A stretch of 62,375 nt of DNA, filler included, from Choristocarpus tenellus KU-1152 (lineage: Eukaryota; Protista; Phaeophyceae), in NCBI GenBank assembly GCA_964200185.2. It is 11 parts of 11 records of this genome, joined end to end, with 100 filler letters (N's around TTAATTAATTAA, not from the genome) between each part and the next. Parts side by side here need not be neighbours in the genome. Positions count along the whole stretch, not along the records: positions 38,014 to 40,682 come from CAXNAD020025793.1; positions 40,783 to 46,683 come from CAXNAD020009460.1; positions 46,784 to 52,846 come from CAXNAD020009035.1; 8 more parts are not named here. One strand, 5' to 3'. Both the position numbers and the translations under genes were made by a program. The notes beneath the pieces are model-generated. The model had not been told where the DNA came from. It made no database searches and saw only the letters and a list, made by a program, of their open reading frames with translations. Positions 37,914 through 52,023 of this stretch are shown here, piece after piece. Position 1 is the first letter of the stretch, and each line of letters starts with the position of its first letter.

Positions 37914-40782
37914 NNNNNNNNNNNNNNNNNNNNNNNNNNNNNNNNNNNNNNNNNNNNTTAATTAATTAANNNNNNNNNNNNNNNNNNNNNNNNNNNNNNN
38001 NNNNNNNNNNNNNAAGTTCATCCTATCGTACAGTGCTTATGTGGACGGAGCCGTCGCCTCCCCCCCCCTTCTACTTGCCTGGTATTGTGTGTGAATATGG
38101 ATGTGGTGTGGGAAATTGACTTGTCCGAGGGAGGTGGCGTGCCCATAATGTTGTATATATTGCTGGTGAGGTTCGACGCACGTTGGATCTCCTTGAAGGC
38201 GTTATGCCTTGTTCAACAGTAGTAGCTACTGTTATTACACCTTAACTATTCAGCGTGCTATGGTTTCAGTAGTGCCATCGGACTGCCCGGGGGGGTTATT
38301 TGTAGCGTATGTGGTGGCGAAGCGGTTATAAGCAGTTACAAGCAGTTACAAGTGTCGATTATTTCGAGGTGCCACTGCTTTGCTGGGGCAGGCAGTCGTG
38401 CAACTCAACTGCCCTGATGGAACACAGCAGTGGCATATCAAATGATTTGCTGACGCATGTTGGTATCTAGTTTGACAGGGGAATAGATCCCTTCTTACAT
38501 TTGCCAACTGACCGCATCCCCGTAGCTCCAACCCTATAGACCTAACCCTAAAAATTGCAACATCACTAAATATGCCTCTGATGGTGTGTGACACGGAGTG
38601 ACAGTAATAATTGTCGTCTTGTGTGCTCCCTGGTGCATTTGTCACTGCCTTAACCTGTCAATAGCATCAATGTAAGTAAGAGACCAAGATCAGTCAAAGG
38701 ATCCAGGGGGGAAGGGGGGTGCTGCTGAGTGTTGAGGGCCCCTCTGTCCTTCTTATGGCACCGTTATTTGAGCACCTAGTCCATACCTGTGGAAATGAGT
38801 AAGCTATGGGCAAGGAACTGGCCATGTAAGGACATTTGATCTGTATGGGTGGTTGGGTAATATTTTTTGCGCACTCGGACCGGCCATGTTGTGGACATGC
38901 CTCCTAATTTATCCTTTACCGCTCTTCTTGAATATTGTATTCTAAATTTCTAATTTCTAATTGAAGTACTAAATATATTATATACTTAAGTGTCGTTTCT
39001 ATATTGTTTTGTATTGTTTTGTTTTGAATATCGAAAAATTGTAAATTTTGTACCAGTGTATTGCTAGGCGTCTGAGGTGATTTGTGATCCACGTGTGTGC
39101 GACTGTCTCACATTTGCACTTGTGTAGCACATAGTGGACCACCGGTCTGGACCTTGACCTTTTGAAAAAGAAAGTTGAAGTGAAGATCGAGGTCGAGGAT
39201 GGTTCTCTTTCAAGATGGTTCTCTTTCAAGATGGTTTGGCTGGGTGTAGCGATTACTGCTAGTCGTATCGTTACTGCTCTAGCACTATCTAGATTCACCA
39301 TAGCATTAACAACCCAACAAGTGCTAGTACCTTCATTACACTTCAGTACTTACAGCGACTCATCATAGTGCCGCCGGCAATAGTACCTCCAAGCTCTGAA
39401 CCATGGTCCAGAAAGTATTTTGGACTTTTTGCAGCTCTTCATTGTAGTAATGACACCTACTTGTTGTACTCTAATTGTTGTACTGAGTGATCTATGCCAA
39501 AGAAGTCGAAGAGGAGGAGGTGCGGTTGATTCTCAAGTACCTCTATCATTACCTTACAGTACATGCGTATTGAGCACTGTGGTGGTTGTCTTCGGGTATC
39601 GACGTGTCAACATCTGGTCTCCTTCTATGGTGGCAGCACCCTCCTCCTTTCCAGGAGGCTAGCTGCGTTCCAGGTATGGTGCGGACAGGCATGATGTGCA
39701 TCGCACATGGTTCAGAAATGAGTATTGCCTCCCACGCCACTACCAACTCCCACCCTATAACCTATCACGGATGATCTTGGCATAGTTTTGTATTACTAGC
39801 GTTTAACAGTGCCTTGTGAAGGTTTTGACATGGTTTCAGGAGTTTGCACAGTAAGTTCTACATGTATACACCAGTGACGCGCACGGAGTACTAGGTAGGC
39901 AGTCAGTGGCGATGTGTATCCGGTTCTTAAAACTTTTGTTGTAATTTGATGTTGTGGTGTGTGCTTGGGAGTCTTTTGTTCCTTGACAACAAACTCCCTC
40001 CCCACCCCATCATGGTCCCCTGCCCTGCAACTCGCCGTGGGTGAATGGAAGGTTACTTGGTTTGGATTCAATAGACTTGTTGTTAGCTTCACTTCGGTCT
40101 ATTGATTGACCAATGGTATTCGAGGTGGGGTGTGCTGTTGCTGCACTTAATACATTTAAATACATATATATATATATACATATATATGTATATATCAATT
40201 CTGCAACTGAAGGGAAAAAAACTTCCAGGATCCCTTCTTTTTTTTTTAATGTGAAAGTCTATTTAAACGATATCAAGTCTGTTTCATCGTTTCCTCTTTT
40301 TCCTGCTAGAGACCCTTTTCTTTTTTCTTTCCCCCCACAGTGGCGTGTGCTGTTTGTTCAGCATGTACAAATCATAATTTTAAAAAGAAACCAGACTGTC
40401 CTTTTTAGAGTCTTCTACACTATCGTTGCACCTGAGAGCCTTTTGAACAGAAAAACTGATGATATTTCCAGGAATATTCTTCTGTCAGTGTGTGCTCCGT
40501 AGTACGGTATCGGGGATGGAAGAAACGAGGTGATCAATCTCACCGTTGCCTCTAATGGCACATGCTGCTAGACAAACCTCTGGCTCAGGGGGGGGGGGGG
40601 GGGGGGGGGGGGGCCTCAAAAAAAAATAAAGTTTATATAAAAAAGAAGATTCACAAACCCTCCACCTTTTTTTTTTTTTTTTNNNNNNNNNNNNNNNNNN
40701 NNNNNNNNNNNNNNNNNNNNNNNNNNTTAATTAATTAANNNNNNNNNNNNNNNNNNNNNNNNNNNNNNNNNNNNNNNNNNNN

Positions 40783-40961
40783 ACATTGTATTTTGATCCC
40801 CAAATGGACGCGGCTCTACCCTCTAAGATCTTTGGCTCAGTTCGAAGCTGCAAAATCTGTGTAGGGGCCGCATATTACCCAGGGCAAGAAATATGCCTTA
40901 GAACACACAAAGGGACAATACAAAGGGACAATACCTGCCTACTTCTCCATTGGTTTGGCTC
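40783..40961 (-). mobile_element. Two adjacent MITE end fragments (family A ending 40838, family C ending 40961)
   Basis: ...CCCTCTAAGATCTTTGGCTC and ...CCTACTTCTCCATTGGTTTGGCTC at a contig start. Confidence 0.7.
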
Positions 40962-41112
40962 CGACTGAATTGAAATGTTCGGGCAGGGTAGAAGGCAATG
41001 CATAGGAATAATCCAGGTATGCAATCTGCTGCGAGGAATGTCTTTTGTATAGCACGCAATGCACATATACGCGCAACTAAAGAGCTAATTAAACTGTAAT
41101 AGGGATCATTCT

Positions 41113-41370
41113 GAGTCGAACCAATTGAGAGGTAGGAAGGTTTGGACCTCTTGCATTCCAAGTCATATTTCTTATCCTTGGCATAACACTCCATTTCATT
41201 GCCTAATATGCACAATAGTGTACGCAAAATTGATATTCCCCTTTTCCACACACAAAGTAACACCACAATTCAGTTAAGCTTCTTTCTGTAATTGTACAAA
41301 ACGGCATATTTTTGCCATTTCTCGGGATCCTTAAAATGCAACGCCGCCTACCTCTCAGTTGGTTTGACTC
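41113..41370 (-). mobile_element. MITE family C
   Basis: GAGTCGAACCAATTGAGAGGTAGG...CCTACCTCTCAGTTGGTTTGACTC; flanks TTCT/TTCA. Confidence 0.9.
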
Positions 41371-42358
41371 TTCAATTAAACGAACCATAGCGATTATCTA
41401 CAGTTTATTTACCTGAAAATATTCAGAACAAGTTGTAAGGGAAGAGAAAGAGCACATTACCATATTACTATACTTTCCACGTAGTTCCTTTCTTCTGCTG
41501 CTTGGCCACACGCATGTCAACAGGATGAACATAATATTCATCAAGGACCAACAGGCTAGGAGCTTTCCTAAAGCACACAAGACACTGCCTGTACTCACTC
41601 ACCTGACTTCTTCAAGATCTGGACAATTAATTCAAGGGTGTGTCCTCACTGCATGCGGATGCTTCAACTAGTGCAAGGGGATTGCCTAGGTCCAGGTTTT
41701 CCTATTCGCAGGAGATGGTTATTGCTGTATTTCTAGCCCAGCTTGATGAGCTGGGAGCTATGGGCGGGTCTGGACAAGAATAATGATGACTCCCAAGTCC
41801 CTGGTTTAGCCTATCTGATAATAAGCAGGCCAACCCCATCCATGAACTGTACCTTTTGGCACTATTTGGATGAGCCGTTTACTACAGACAACAGGCATCT
41901 TATTCCTGACCGAGGAGGGTATACTGGAGGCAAACAAAGAAGACGAAGGGGAAGGGCAAGAGGGAGCGAGACAACAAGGGATGCAACATGATGAAGGATT
42001 TAGGTCTTGACCCAAAGCTTCAAGTGGAGAAAGGGGGTGCTAGCAACTTGCACCAAATTTGAGAAGGAACGAGTCTCAGCCCACATTTGGAGGTCGTCCA
42101 GGCAGCTATCAATTGCCAGGTCACACAAATGGCTGCTATGACTACAACAACAGCAATACTGCTTTCTATTACTAGCAGCATGCATGGAGTGGGGAAAAGT
42201 TTAAGAATGGAATGTACTACAGTCTCTTATATACATATATATTGTCCCCTTTCTTGACCCATCCGTTCTTCCTTATAGAAATTTCTCAACACGTCTTTGT
42301 TGCTGGTCTCTTTCATCCGTGTACCTCGGAGGAAATCTTCACATCATATTTGTATAGT

Positions 42359-42617
42359 GAGTCAAACCAATGGAGAGGCAGGCAGGGTTGCATTTTAAGG
42401 ATCCCCAGAGAGGGCAAAAAGACACAATTGGGTACGACTGCAGAAAGGGCCTTTGCTTCATTGTATTGTCACATTGTCTGTGGAGAGGAGGAAATATCGA
42501 TTTTCGTAGACTACTGTGCACAAATAGCTATGAAATCGAGTGTATTACACACGGTAAGAAAGATTACTTATAATGAAAAGGGGTGTAAGCCTCACCACCT
42601 CTCAATTGGTTCGGCTT
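42359..42617 (+). mobile_element. MITE family C
   Basis: GAGTCAAACCAATGGAGAGG...CCTCTCAATTGGTTCGGCTT; collinear with the 20011 copy. Confidence 0.9.
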
Positions 42618-44789
42618 AGCCTCGCTGGCCTACCCTGCCTATTGACTGCTTCCAGTCAAGAAGTGGGCAGGGGTATTGTCGGGCCTTACGGTAGAGTCCC
42701 TCTTTGTAGTACATTGCCTACTTCCTCTCTTCCCTATCCATCATCTATCAGGTAGGTATGCCCCTTCCTTCCCTTTCCTTGCACGAAATTTATTCCTGCA
42801 TTATACATCTTTTGTATGGTATCTCTCATCCTTCACGTAGAATGTATGTGGGTAATATATGTATATATGTATGTATGTGGAACGTGAGTGCAGCAATGTG
42901 TGGTGAGCGTTGTGTCTGCATACAAATACTACTACTCTCCAACTACAGCAGTAGTAGTTCCTAGTGAGTATACTGCCACTATCAACTGTTGTAGTATATC
43001 AAAGCGTTTTGTATGTGCTCCAGGCTGTCTTATATAATTCTCCCATTATTGTCATTATCATGATATTGTTCACAGTGACGTACAAGATATATTCTTGTCG
43101 AGTACCTACAGACTCTAGTGAGTGTGTGTGCGTGTTTGTAGGAGCAGCTGGTATATACATACGTAACATAAATGCATAAGTACACTTGATATTATGATCT
43201 TGATGAATCCTAGTCAAAACTTACTCATTTCCTATATTTCATATTGTACTTATTACGTCTTCACACATCCTACTATTACACTCTACACAATGAATACAAC
43301 AATCTTCATGGTTAATCCTTCTACGGCGTACGTCAGTTCCCTCTCATTTAATCAATAATGCCACAGTTGCAAATATATCGAAAGAAATACCAGCACTTAC
43401 CAACAACAAAGAAGCGGCATTAGCAATAGTTGACCTTGCTTTTCCAAACTCCTTATTCAGTACAGAGTACATCATACCCATTCTTAAAAGTTTTTGTAGT
43501 ATTATCAACAGTAGTATCCCATGATCAATCATTCACCACTCACTTCTATTGCTATTTTCAGTCATTCAGCACACTACCTTAGTCGTGAAACACAGCGTTG
43601 GCCTTGCACAGAAAGAACAAGGTGTTCTACTATCAATGCATCATGTACGTTGGTTGTAATAAAACACTGGGTCATGAACACTTGGTACAAATTCTGTACT
43701 ACACACCACACACCACACTTATGTTTCATGCAGTTTACCTGTATTTTTCAACAGAAACCAGAGACCTCACCTGTTGCATACAGCTCACATGTTTCTCCTA
43801 CCAAGAGGAACCAGAGACTGGATGAAAAATACAAGCATATATTCTGTTGGTGTTGACTTTCAATATGCAGCTCTTGGTGGCGATGTTTATTGCAATCTGG
43901 TCAAAAAAATGGACACACAACAGTAGCAACGAAGGCAAATCATGCACCTATTTGCGGTTACGCCTACTATCTCCTTTTTCGGATACAACACCATATGTAG
44001 TACAGGCGACCAAAATGATCTACACTGAAGACTTTGTCATGTCGACATGAGATTAATATACATTGGTTCTCCACCACCACCACGTGCCTTGCCACACCCT
44101 GGAGCTGATCTGATTAGACGTGGAGCTATAGGTTTGCGATATCGACAGAGTGCTATCATTTGCATGTGATACAGAAAGTGTCCCCACAGAGAATACTGAA
44201 TCCATTTGTGGAGATTGGTGCGGTTTTGTGCCATAAGTCGTACAGAAACCTTTGCTTGAGTACAGACTCGATCAAGTGGACCAAGTGAGAAGAGCTTGTC
44301 GACATTGTTTTGGAGTTAGGGCGACTCAGGTGCAGTAATGATAATGACATCTGCCATGTTCACAAAATGATGTGAAGGACTACGCCCATCTTGCACGGCA
44401 TGATTATAGTACTATGGTGCATAATTGAAGAGTAATAATAACGATCAATCAGAGATAGTCAGCATGCATCTTCTTGGAAAAGGGGGAGGACCCTCCAGAA
44501 ACTGTGATCTGTATGTAGCATGGTTAGGTGCCCAATACAGCACCCACTCTTCCTCATTTAAAACCTTCATAGCCAAACCTGGTGCAGCACAGCATTGCAA
44601 TGGCAGCACTGCTGTGGAAGTGTATATGTAGTTGCTTTTCCTTAGGAAGAAGTATTTCTAACCTATAGGGCTTCATAACAGCTTCTATCCTCTTCCACTC
44701 TGGTGGGGATGTCCCTTTCTTACCCCACAAGATTGAGCTCCCAGCATTACTGTGACTGCTGCTCAGATTGGAAGTGCAACTAGCACTAT

Positions 44790-46383
44790 TCACATAACTG
44801 CCACGATATGCTTCATCACTTCAGCATGCACAGCATCTGCAGGTTGGGTTGGCGTGATGAAAAAGTTGTCAGATGTTAGAACAAAGCTCTCATTACATAT
44901 ACTTGCACTGAGCCAAAGTGGACAAGAGGTATCCAGGTATTGACTAGTTTGCATTTCAAGCCAGTTTTCAAGTTGTTGCAATTCGCTCATAATCTCTGTA
45001 GTTGGATTCCCAAGTTTGACTCGAAAGTCCTGATTTCTCTATTATTTAGGACTTTACAACACAAATCCAGAAGTATAAATATCCTAAACGCATCTGCAAC
45101 CCCCCCCCAATTTTTAACATTTTCATCAGCACCCTCAAAATGCAACTCCGGTTACCCCTCTCAACTACTTTGACCCAGTGCATACACCACTTACTCCCCC
45201 CCTCCCACCATTCACCCACCCTGCACCTCTTAACGCTCTGAAAGCAAAAATAACATCAAGCCAAAGTAACGGGGACAGCACGAACCTCTCGATGGAAAAA
45301 CCCACTACGACAAACTGCCTCCCAAACTCACCAATACTCTGGTCAGAATCCACTTCCCGGAGTAAGCCTCTCTCCTTGAACTTCTCCACAATGGGCATTG
45401 TAGACTTGTGGTATGTGGTCAATCTTTTGTGCACAGCATCCTCGTTGTCGTCTATGCGGCCACTGCTCTGACCTCGCTCCATGATCCGCTTAGCCATGAT
45501 ATCCTCAGGGCAATCAAGGAAGAGCACAAAATCTACTAGTGCAATCTTATCCATGGCGGACTCCCACGCCTCCAAGTTTTCTGGGTTACGCGGGAAGCCA
45601 TCAATCAAGAAGCGCCGCTTTCCTGACCTGTGGACACACACACATACAATGCATGTACGCTACTGTGTATCACATGTGAATCTGTGCTTGTTTTAAAATT
45701 GAGTATTTCAATTTTTGCTTTCGAGTGCATATACTCATTGAAGTGGTGAATGTGGCAGGGATCAACTGAAGGGGGTAGTGATTAGAGGGGTGTGATCAAG
45801 ACACTTTTTCAATGGAAGGCGTTCTTGGTTCACATAACAGAGGCAAAGAAAAGGATGTGTGCAAAGTAAGCATGTGAGTAGGCAGGAAAAAAAAAGCTAG
45901 AGAAGAGAAAGAGAGAGCCATTTACTGCCAATGAAATTGATAAAATCATCTCAATGATAGTCTCACGGATGAGTACTCAGAGGAAACCTTCAGTCATTGG
46001 TGCATTATCAGTGATACCAAGACGTGAATTCAAAACAGTAGGCCTATTGATTGTAGGGTGGCTCTACGGGGAATGATGTGAATTGCCGTAAAGTAACAGT
46101 TGATGGTATTACATAATGCAGCGTTGGTTACACTGGCATTATCAGACTCAGAGTATTCAACTTCCCGTAGGCAAGGTCAGCACAGAGGAATTGAGGACAG
46201 ACACAGGACAGGCATCTCAGGCACACAAGGTAGAGCAGGGAGGTATCATTAGTCGGGTATACACCAGGCAGGTGGCGTTCAGCGATCAGTTTTTAGCTGC
46301 AAGTACAACACCAATCAACCTACCTGTCCATGGCTGCCTTGAGTAACCCCACCGTGACCTTAGCCGGTACAATCTTTCCTTCT
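44790..46383 (-). CDS. CMPK1: UMP-CMP kinase (adenylate kinase family), last three exons
   Basis: Exons 46383-46324 (EGKIVPAKVTVGLLKAAM), 45627-45332 (FLIDGFPRN...SGRIDDNEDAVHKRL) and 44836-44790 (DAVHAEVMKHIVAVM-stop). Phases are compatible and the LID is short, as in UMP-CMP kinases. Confidence 0.9.
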
Positions 46384-46785
46384 CTGAAGAGATAAGAAGA
46401 GTGCGGTCATGTTGCATGTCACACACACAAAATTGCAACCATGGCAGGCGCACAGCAAAGTGTGAATGGGAGGAGAGGGGGAGGAGAGGGGGAGGTGTTG
46501 GAGGATCAGGAAGTCGACGAACTTGTTGAGTTATTTAATCTGGATTGATGCAGACAATTGTAGGCCGATCAAACTGTAGTGGAACATGAAGACCACCGGG
46601 AACAACACACAAGGGGAACGGGAGTGTGCAGGACAAAATGTATCACAACCGCACAAGGCAAAAGACTCAAAGTACTTGGGGGGNNNNNNNNNNNNNNNNN
46701 NNNNNNNNNNNNNNNNNNNNNNNNNNNTTAATTAATTAANNNNNNNNNNNNNNNNNNNNNNNNNNNNNNNNNNNNNNNNNNNNTG

Positions 46786-46830
<45 letters not shown>

Positions 46831-47359
46831 TGGGGAGGGTGAAGGAAGGCTGGGGACAAGAAGAGGGTTCTTATAGGTGTGTTGGGATGTCAAGACAGTT
46901 GTCTCCTTCTCAGCGAGGGAAGGGTTAGAGGAGAGTTAAAATACTCTGCAACTGCAATCTCGTCCTGCACACCTCTCTCAAACTACACTTATCACTGTAT
47001 GTGTAGGGGCATGGGGACCATGTGTAGCATGCGCTCAGAGGAAAATTTGCAATAGCACTAACCCTAGCTACTACATTTTTTGTTTTATCAATAGTGCACA
47101 ATCGCTACGGGTAGGGCAGAGGTTAGGAGGCCATAATACTAAGCACAGGTGGTACACACTGCACTACTTCTCAATCAACACCAACAACCAACACCAATGG
47201 GAGAGCCTACGTGTTGCAACTTAACCAATGGAATGCATTCGGTGCAGTGTACCAATATCAAGCTGTCAGCGCCACCAGGATGGTGTGACAAAAACTACTG
47301 TGAAATAAACCGATGACAGCTTAGAAAATCTGATATATATAAATACCGCCACCAACATG

Positions 47360-47390
<31 letters not shown>

Positions 47391-48400
47391 GTATGTGTAT
47401 TGGTGGTATTTACAACATCATGCTAATCTGACAATCCCCCCAATCTGAATTAGGACAGCAACACAGACTCAAACACATAGTTGTACAATCAGTATAAAAC
47501 TATCAATATTATAAATATATATATATATATCAGAACACAAGCAATCTCTTGTCATTAATAATAAAAAAGGGATTAACTCTGTCCAAGAATTTAAAGGTTC
47601 TACACTGCTGAAATGGTGAGTATGAATCCTGAGCATGATCATAGTAACAATTTTGCAAACAATACTCTTCACAGGTTCAGATAAGGGCCACTGCGCTATG
47701 GGTTACAACACAATACCAACAAAGAAAGCTGGCATTGAAGCAGAGGAGTGACCAGTTTCAAATTGGTCTATACCACAATCCTGCAGATTTTGGGGTATCT
47801 CTTCATCTCACAATCGTAACACGCTCGTGATTTTTTGGCATAGCCTACGGAGTGGGGACAATCATAAAGAGACCTTAACCCAGGAGTGTTTTTATTCACT
47901 TTCATATATTCGAATAGGAGATATTTTCATTTCTAACCTGAAGACCCTGTAGGAATTACAGAAGATCAATTAATTAGTCCTATCTCCCTTCCTCAAGGGA
48001 GTTTGCGACTCACTTCCTAACCCTAACCCTAACCCTAACCCTAGCAAACACCCAAATTTTAAACGACTACTACCCCAGGGCCTGAAGAGCAGAATCATTA
48101 ATATAACTCCTACTGAAGTGCCAACACATAGGAGATACTCACCAAGAGTCCGCGAGCTACAGGAAAGGAGATAATGAAGTCCACCCGAGTTCCTCTCACC
48201 TCCCAAGTTAGCAACTACCGAATACATTCCTTGTCATCCAAAAAACAAGAGCAGACTAACACCTAGGTAGCACATCGTCACCAACGTCCGAGTACACCAA
48301 TAAGTACACTCAATACGTTTGCCGGCTTGCACTTTCAACTACAGTTGCCAAAAATACCCCCCCATTCTCCCACAAATAAAATCATCAGCAACAACAGTAC

Positions 48401-49208
48401 CTGAAGGTCAATAATTGATGCCTCACAAGATCCAATGAAGTCATGCCCTCCACCTAAATCATAATCCCAGCAATCGAATCGCAGCGGCCGGTATAAGTCA
48501 CCGTTCACCAACCTCTGGACTGATCCCTGCTCTCCAGCACGTGCAAATACAATGCACACATACATGCACATACATACACATACACATACACATACACATA
48601 TACACATACACACACACATACATACATACATACATACATACACATATACACATACACAAGAAAGATACGTACGACAATTATTCAGGAGGGTGAAGAGGGC
48701 GAGGAGTCCGGCAGTTGACATGTTACAAGAAAAGGAGAGAACAGACCAAGCACATTCCACACCTGAAGCAAGTTCATGGGAGGGCAAGCATTACCACCTG
48801 CACGTAGTAAACTTTTCACTGAATAAAAAATCACACATACAAGCGCTGCACACCTCCTACTTGCATATTTTGTATCACATATATTTATACTACATACAAG
48901 ATAGTTCTTCCAGTCAGTCAAGTACTTAGAAGCACCACACGAGCTGTGCTAGTACTGCTTCTCCCTTTATCACCTACCTGTATCGGTCTCCAAACAGGAT
49001 TGAGAGTCCGGTTCTTCACCTCTGTCTTGAAGATACTGACCCACTCCCCCCTCTCCAAGGCTCGGGATATTCTCAGAAACGGATCACTTGAAGTCAAGTC
49101 CTTCTTGTCAACCTGAGCTCAGCGCAAAAGGCCGTGGGGGTACACAAAAGGGAACAAAAAAAAGAAAAAAATGTATATATATACATATATAAATATATAC
49201 ATATATAA

Positions 49209-49249
<41 letters not shown>

Positions 49250-49856
49250 ATGGAAGCATTACCACAACCCAAGGAGGGGATAAACTCTACGCATGCGAGT
49301 GTGAGCTCAGGTACAATACAAAACGCCCCAAGACCTGGGGGAAGACGGCAGGGAATTAATAGAGCGTCTAAGCCACGAAGTTGTATAGAAGTATCAACAG
49401 TAGACACCCTTCTACCCATGTGCAATATCAAAACGCCTCCGCGAGAGGAAATCTTTTTCAGCCCACACTGAGTTCACGCACAGGCAAGAAAATATCATAC
49501 ATTGGATCAAGTTCGACATAAAGCGTTACCTCAAGCATTCTTACGTTCTATGGCATCCGTACCTTGCTACGATTCACAGCACGGCAGTTACCTTGCTGCC
49601 TTACGATTTGCCCCAGGCCTAGCTAGCAGATCGATCAACATATTAAAAAAAAAAGAATCCCTTGCTGCATTTTTTACAGTTTACAAAAGTAAACGAAAGA
49701 CGAGTAGTGAAAAAAATCGTGACCAACAAAATTGATCTCATTTTTTTTTTAAATCAAGCTCAGTGTGCTATTAAGAATACAATTAGTACTCAATCCTCTT
49801 TCAAACAAAGCCACGACAGTCGAGAAAATAGTTGCCCCAATACACCCACATACAGG

Positions 49857-49900
<44 letters not shown>

Positions 49901-50463
49901 CACACACAAATACTCCCCCAACTCAGTTCAGCCACACCTACCTCCCTCCCCTTCCCCCACTGCTGAACCCCACACAGACAGCTGTTTGGCGTGCAGGAAG
50001 ACTTAACACAATACACCTAAAAAACCTCACCCACCTTCGCAGCACGCAGCTTCAGTGTGACCAGGTCATGCTGATGTGCTACCTCCTCCATCCTAACAAA
50101 CACTTCTGCAGTGGAGCCTTTTCCCCTCGGTCGATCCAGTTTCAAGCCTAAAGTCTGGTCCACTGATCCCAACACACTAGCCACTGTAGTCTCAGCAGAA
50201 CCTACTCCGCAAAACACCCAATGCATGCTTGGATTATAATACAAGTATATAGCATCCTTTGAATGAAGAATATGGGCGCCAGGGAGGAAGAGGGGGACTG
50301 GACTGAAATTGGATTTGGGAAAGGGACCAACTGCAGAGAGTGTTAGTTGAGATGGGAATTTTTTGTTGTGCCTTATCTTGACAGAAGTGATACACCATCG
50401 TACGCTGCTACTACAGACCTAACACAGTCAAGTGTCACACTCATAAATCATGTATTATACACA

Positions 50464-50497
<34 letters not shown>

Positions 50498-52023
50498 TTA
50501 ACGAAACAAAAAATTAAAAAACATACTGTACTTACCCTGAAAGTCCTGTTTAGCCAGGATCAAGACAGCGGAACTGGCATTGCTCTTGTACACACAATCA
50601 GCATCATAGACCTCAAATCTGAGGTGTTGCACCTCCTCAAACAGAAACATGGCTGACAGTTGAGTTGTGAAAAAGGGATCCTGAGTATTAGAAACTATCT
50701 CCGTCCGACCTTGTTTTAGATTTGCAGGGTAGCAGGAAAGCATGGATAGGGGGGAGATGGGGACGGGGAACAAGATTATGTAATATTTCAGAGGTACGAT
50801 ATAACATATAACTGAAAGAAGCCATCAACCAGATGTTGAGGTCAAGCTTGTACCATCAGCAATTAATCTCCTATCACTATACCAACCAGTTGGCCCTCCC
50901 ATACATGGTCGGCAGTGTTCTCTAATTTCTTAGACAAAACCATGAACACACTTCACTCTTCTTAGTGTAACTAATGAGGATCTTTCGGATCTTCTGCTGC
51001 AACCACGGATGATATTTAAAGGGTCAGGTGGGGAGGGCAGTCGCTGCACTTTCTGCTCCACTCCCATTATACTCCATTTAAATGTTTTGCTACTGGCCTA
51101 TAGGTTGAAGGCTTTCAGTGAATGGGGCAGATCGTGGCCCCAAAATCTCACCCAGTTCAAGCCATTCGGGATCCACGTCTGTCTTTATCTTCACCACGAC
51201 GAACGGATCAGACTTGCTCAGTTTGTCCATGACTCTGCATCGAGTGTACAGTTGTGTGTGAACATCTTGGGGTAGGAGGCTTAATAATTGGGTTGAGGAA
51301 TTAAAATGAAAGTGGCATGAAGTAATATGGCAGGGGAACCTGAAGTGAACTGTTGGGTCGTCAAACCAAATGGGTAGTTGCACAGGAAATATACCCCTGA
51401 AGTAAATGGTTAATTGATAATGTACATGACGGGGAGGGGTCAATACACAGAGAACTGGAATGCAGGAACTAGATTGTTGGGGAAATCGCTACTAGCTAGC
51501 ATGAGGGGAACAGATTGAACCTACTCACAAATATCCGTCGTAGCGAGAAGGGTGAACACAATTTGTAAGACACAAGTGAACTTACACCAAACACACTTGC
51601 ACGGGCAATGTAGTACGGAACGAGCTGTGCGCTACCGAAAACAATAAGGTTTTTCACCATTTGGTCATAGATGCTTGGATAAGCTTCTTGCCTTAACATA
51701 ATCTGAATCCTCAACTTACACTGGAAATTCAAACATACATACAAAATGTAACCAAAAAATCCCTCTACTCAAACCCGAAAGACACTGATGCGGCCCTTGG
51801 CGGGGTGAACAACAACGTATCTGTATAAAATGGCAACGTACATGAGTTTCTTACACCAGAGGCTCATCATCACCCTGCTCCCCAGCCCCCGTCCTCCAGT
51901 AAATTTTGCTGCAGCGTACTCCGCGTCTTCGTTGCGGTATTCATCTTTGTTGCCCAGTTCTGTTTGGTCACGATCGTTCTCTCTAGACTTCACGCGTCCT
52001 GCGGTGTGCCATAGAAACTTCAC
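48401..52023 (-). CDS. CPNE: Copine (tandem C2A-C2B Ca2+/phospholipid-binding protein), N-terminal exons; vWA domain not seen
   Basis: Exons 52023-51842, 51234-51152 (DKLSKSDPFVVV), 50709-50536 (GRTEIV...FEEVQHLRFEVYDAD), 50201-50035, 49112-48978 (DKKDLTSSDPFLRI...KTEVKNRTLNPVW), 48526-48401 (NGDLYRPLRFDCWDYD...HDFIG). Confidence 0.9.
48555..48657. repeat. (CA)n/(TACA)n microsatellite in a copine intron
   Basis: Direct reading. Other microsatellites: (TA)n ~49172-49246, (AAT)n ~15402, ~16900 and ~50464, (ATGT)n ~47358. Confidence 0.95.

Noticed and set aside
41600-42185. Minus-strand DSCLDDLQMWAE, reminiscent of LINE RT (similar weak hint at 4786-5097)
   Set aside because: Short and degenerate; cannot be supported without a profile search.
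43344-43532. RSTIANAASLLLVSAGISF, faintly like a tyrosine-recombinase box
   Set aside because: It lacks the HxxR and downstream H/Y catalytic residues.
48132-48230. Possible next copine exon (NSGGLH)
   Set aside because: The nearest acceptor is phase-incompatible with the preceding exon and gives a stop.
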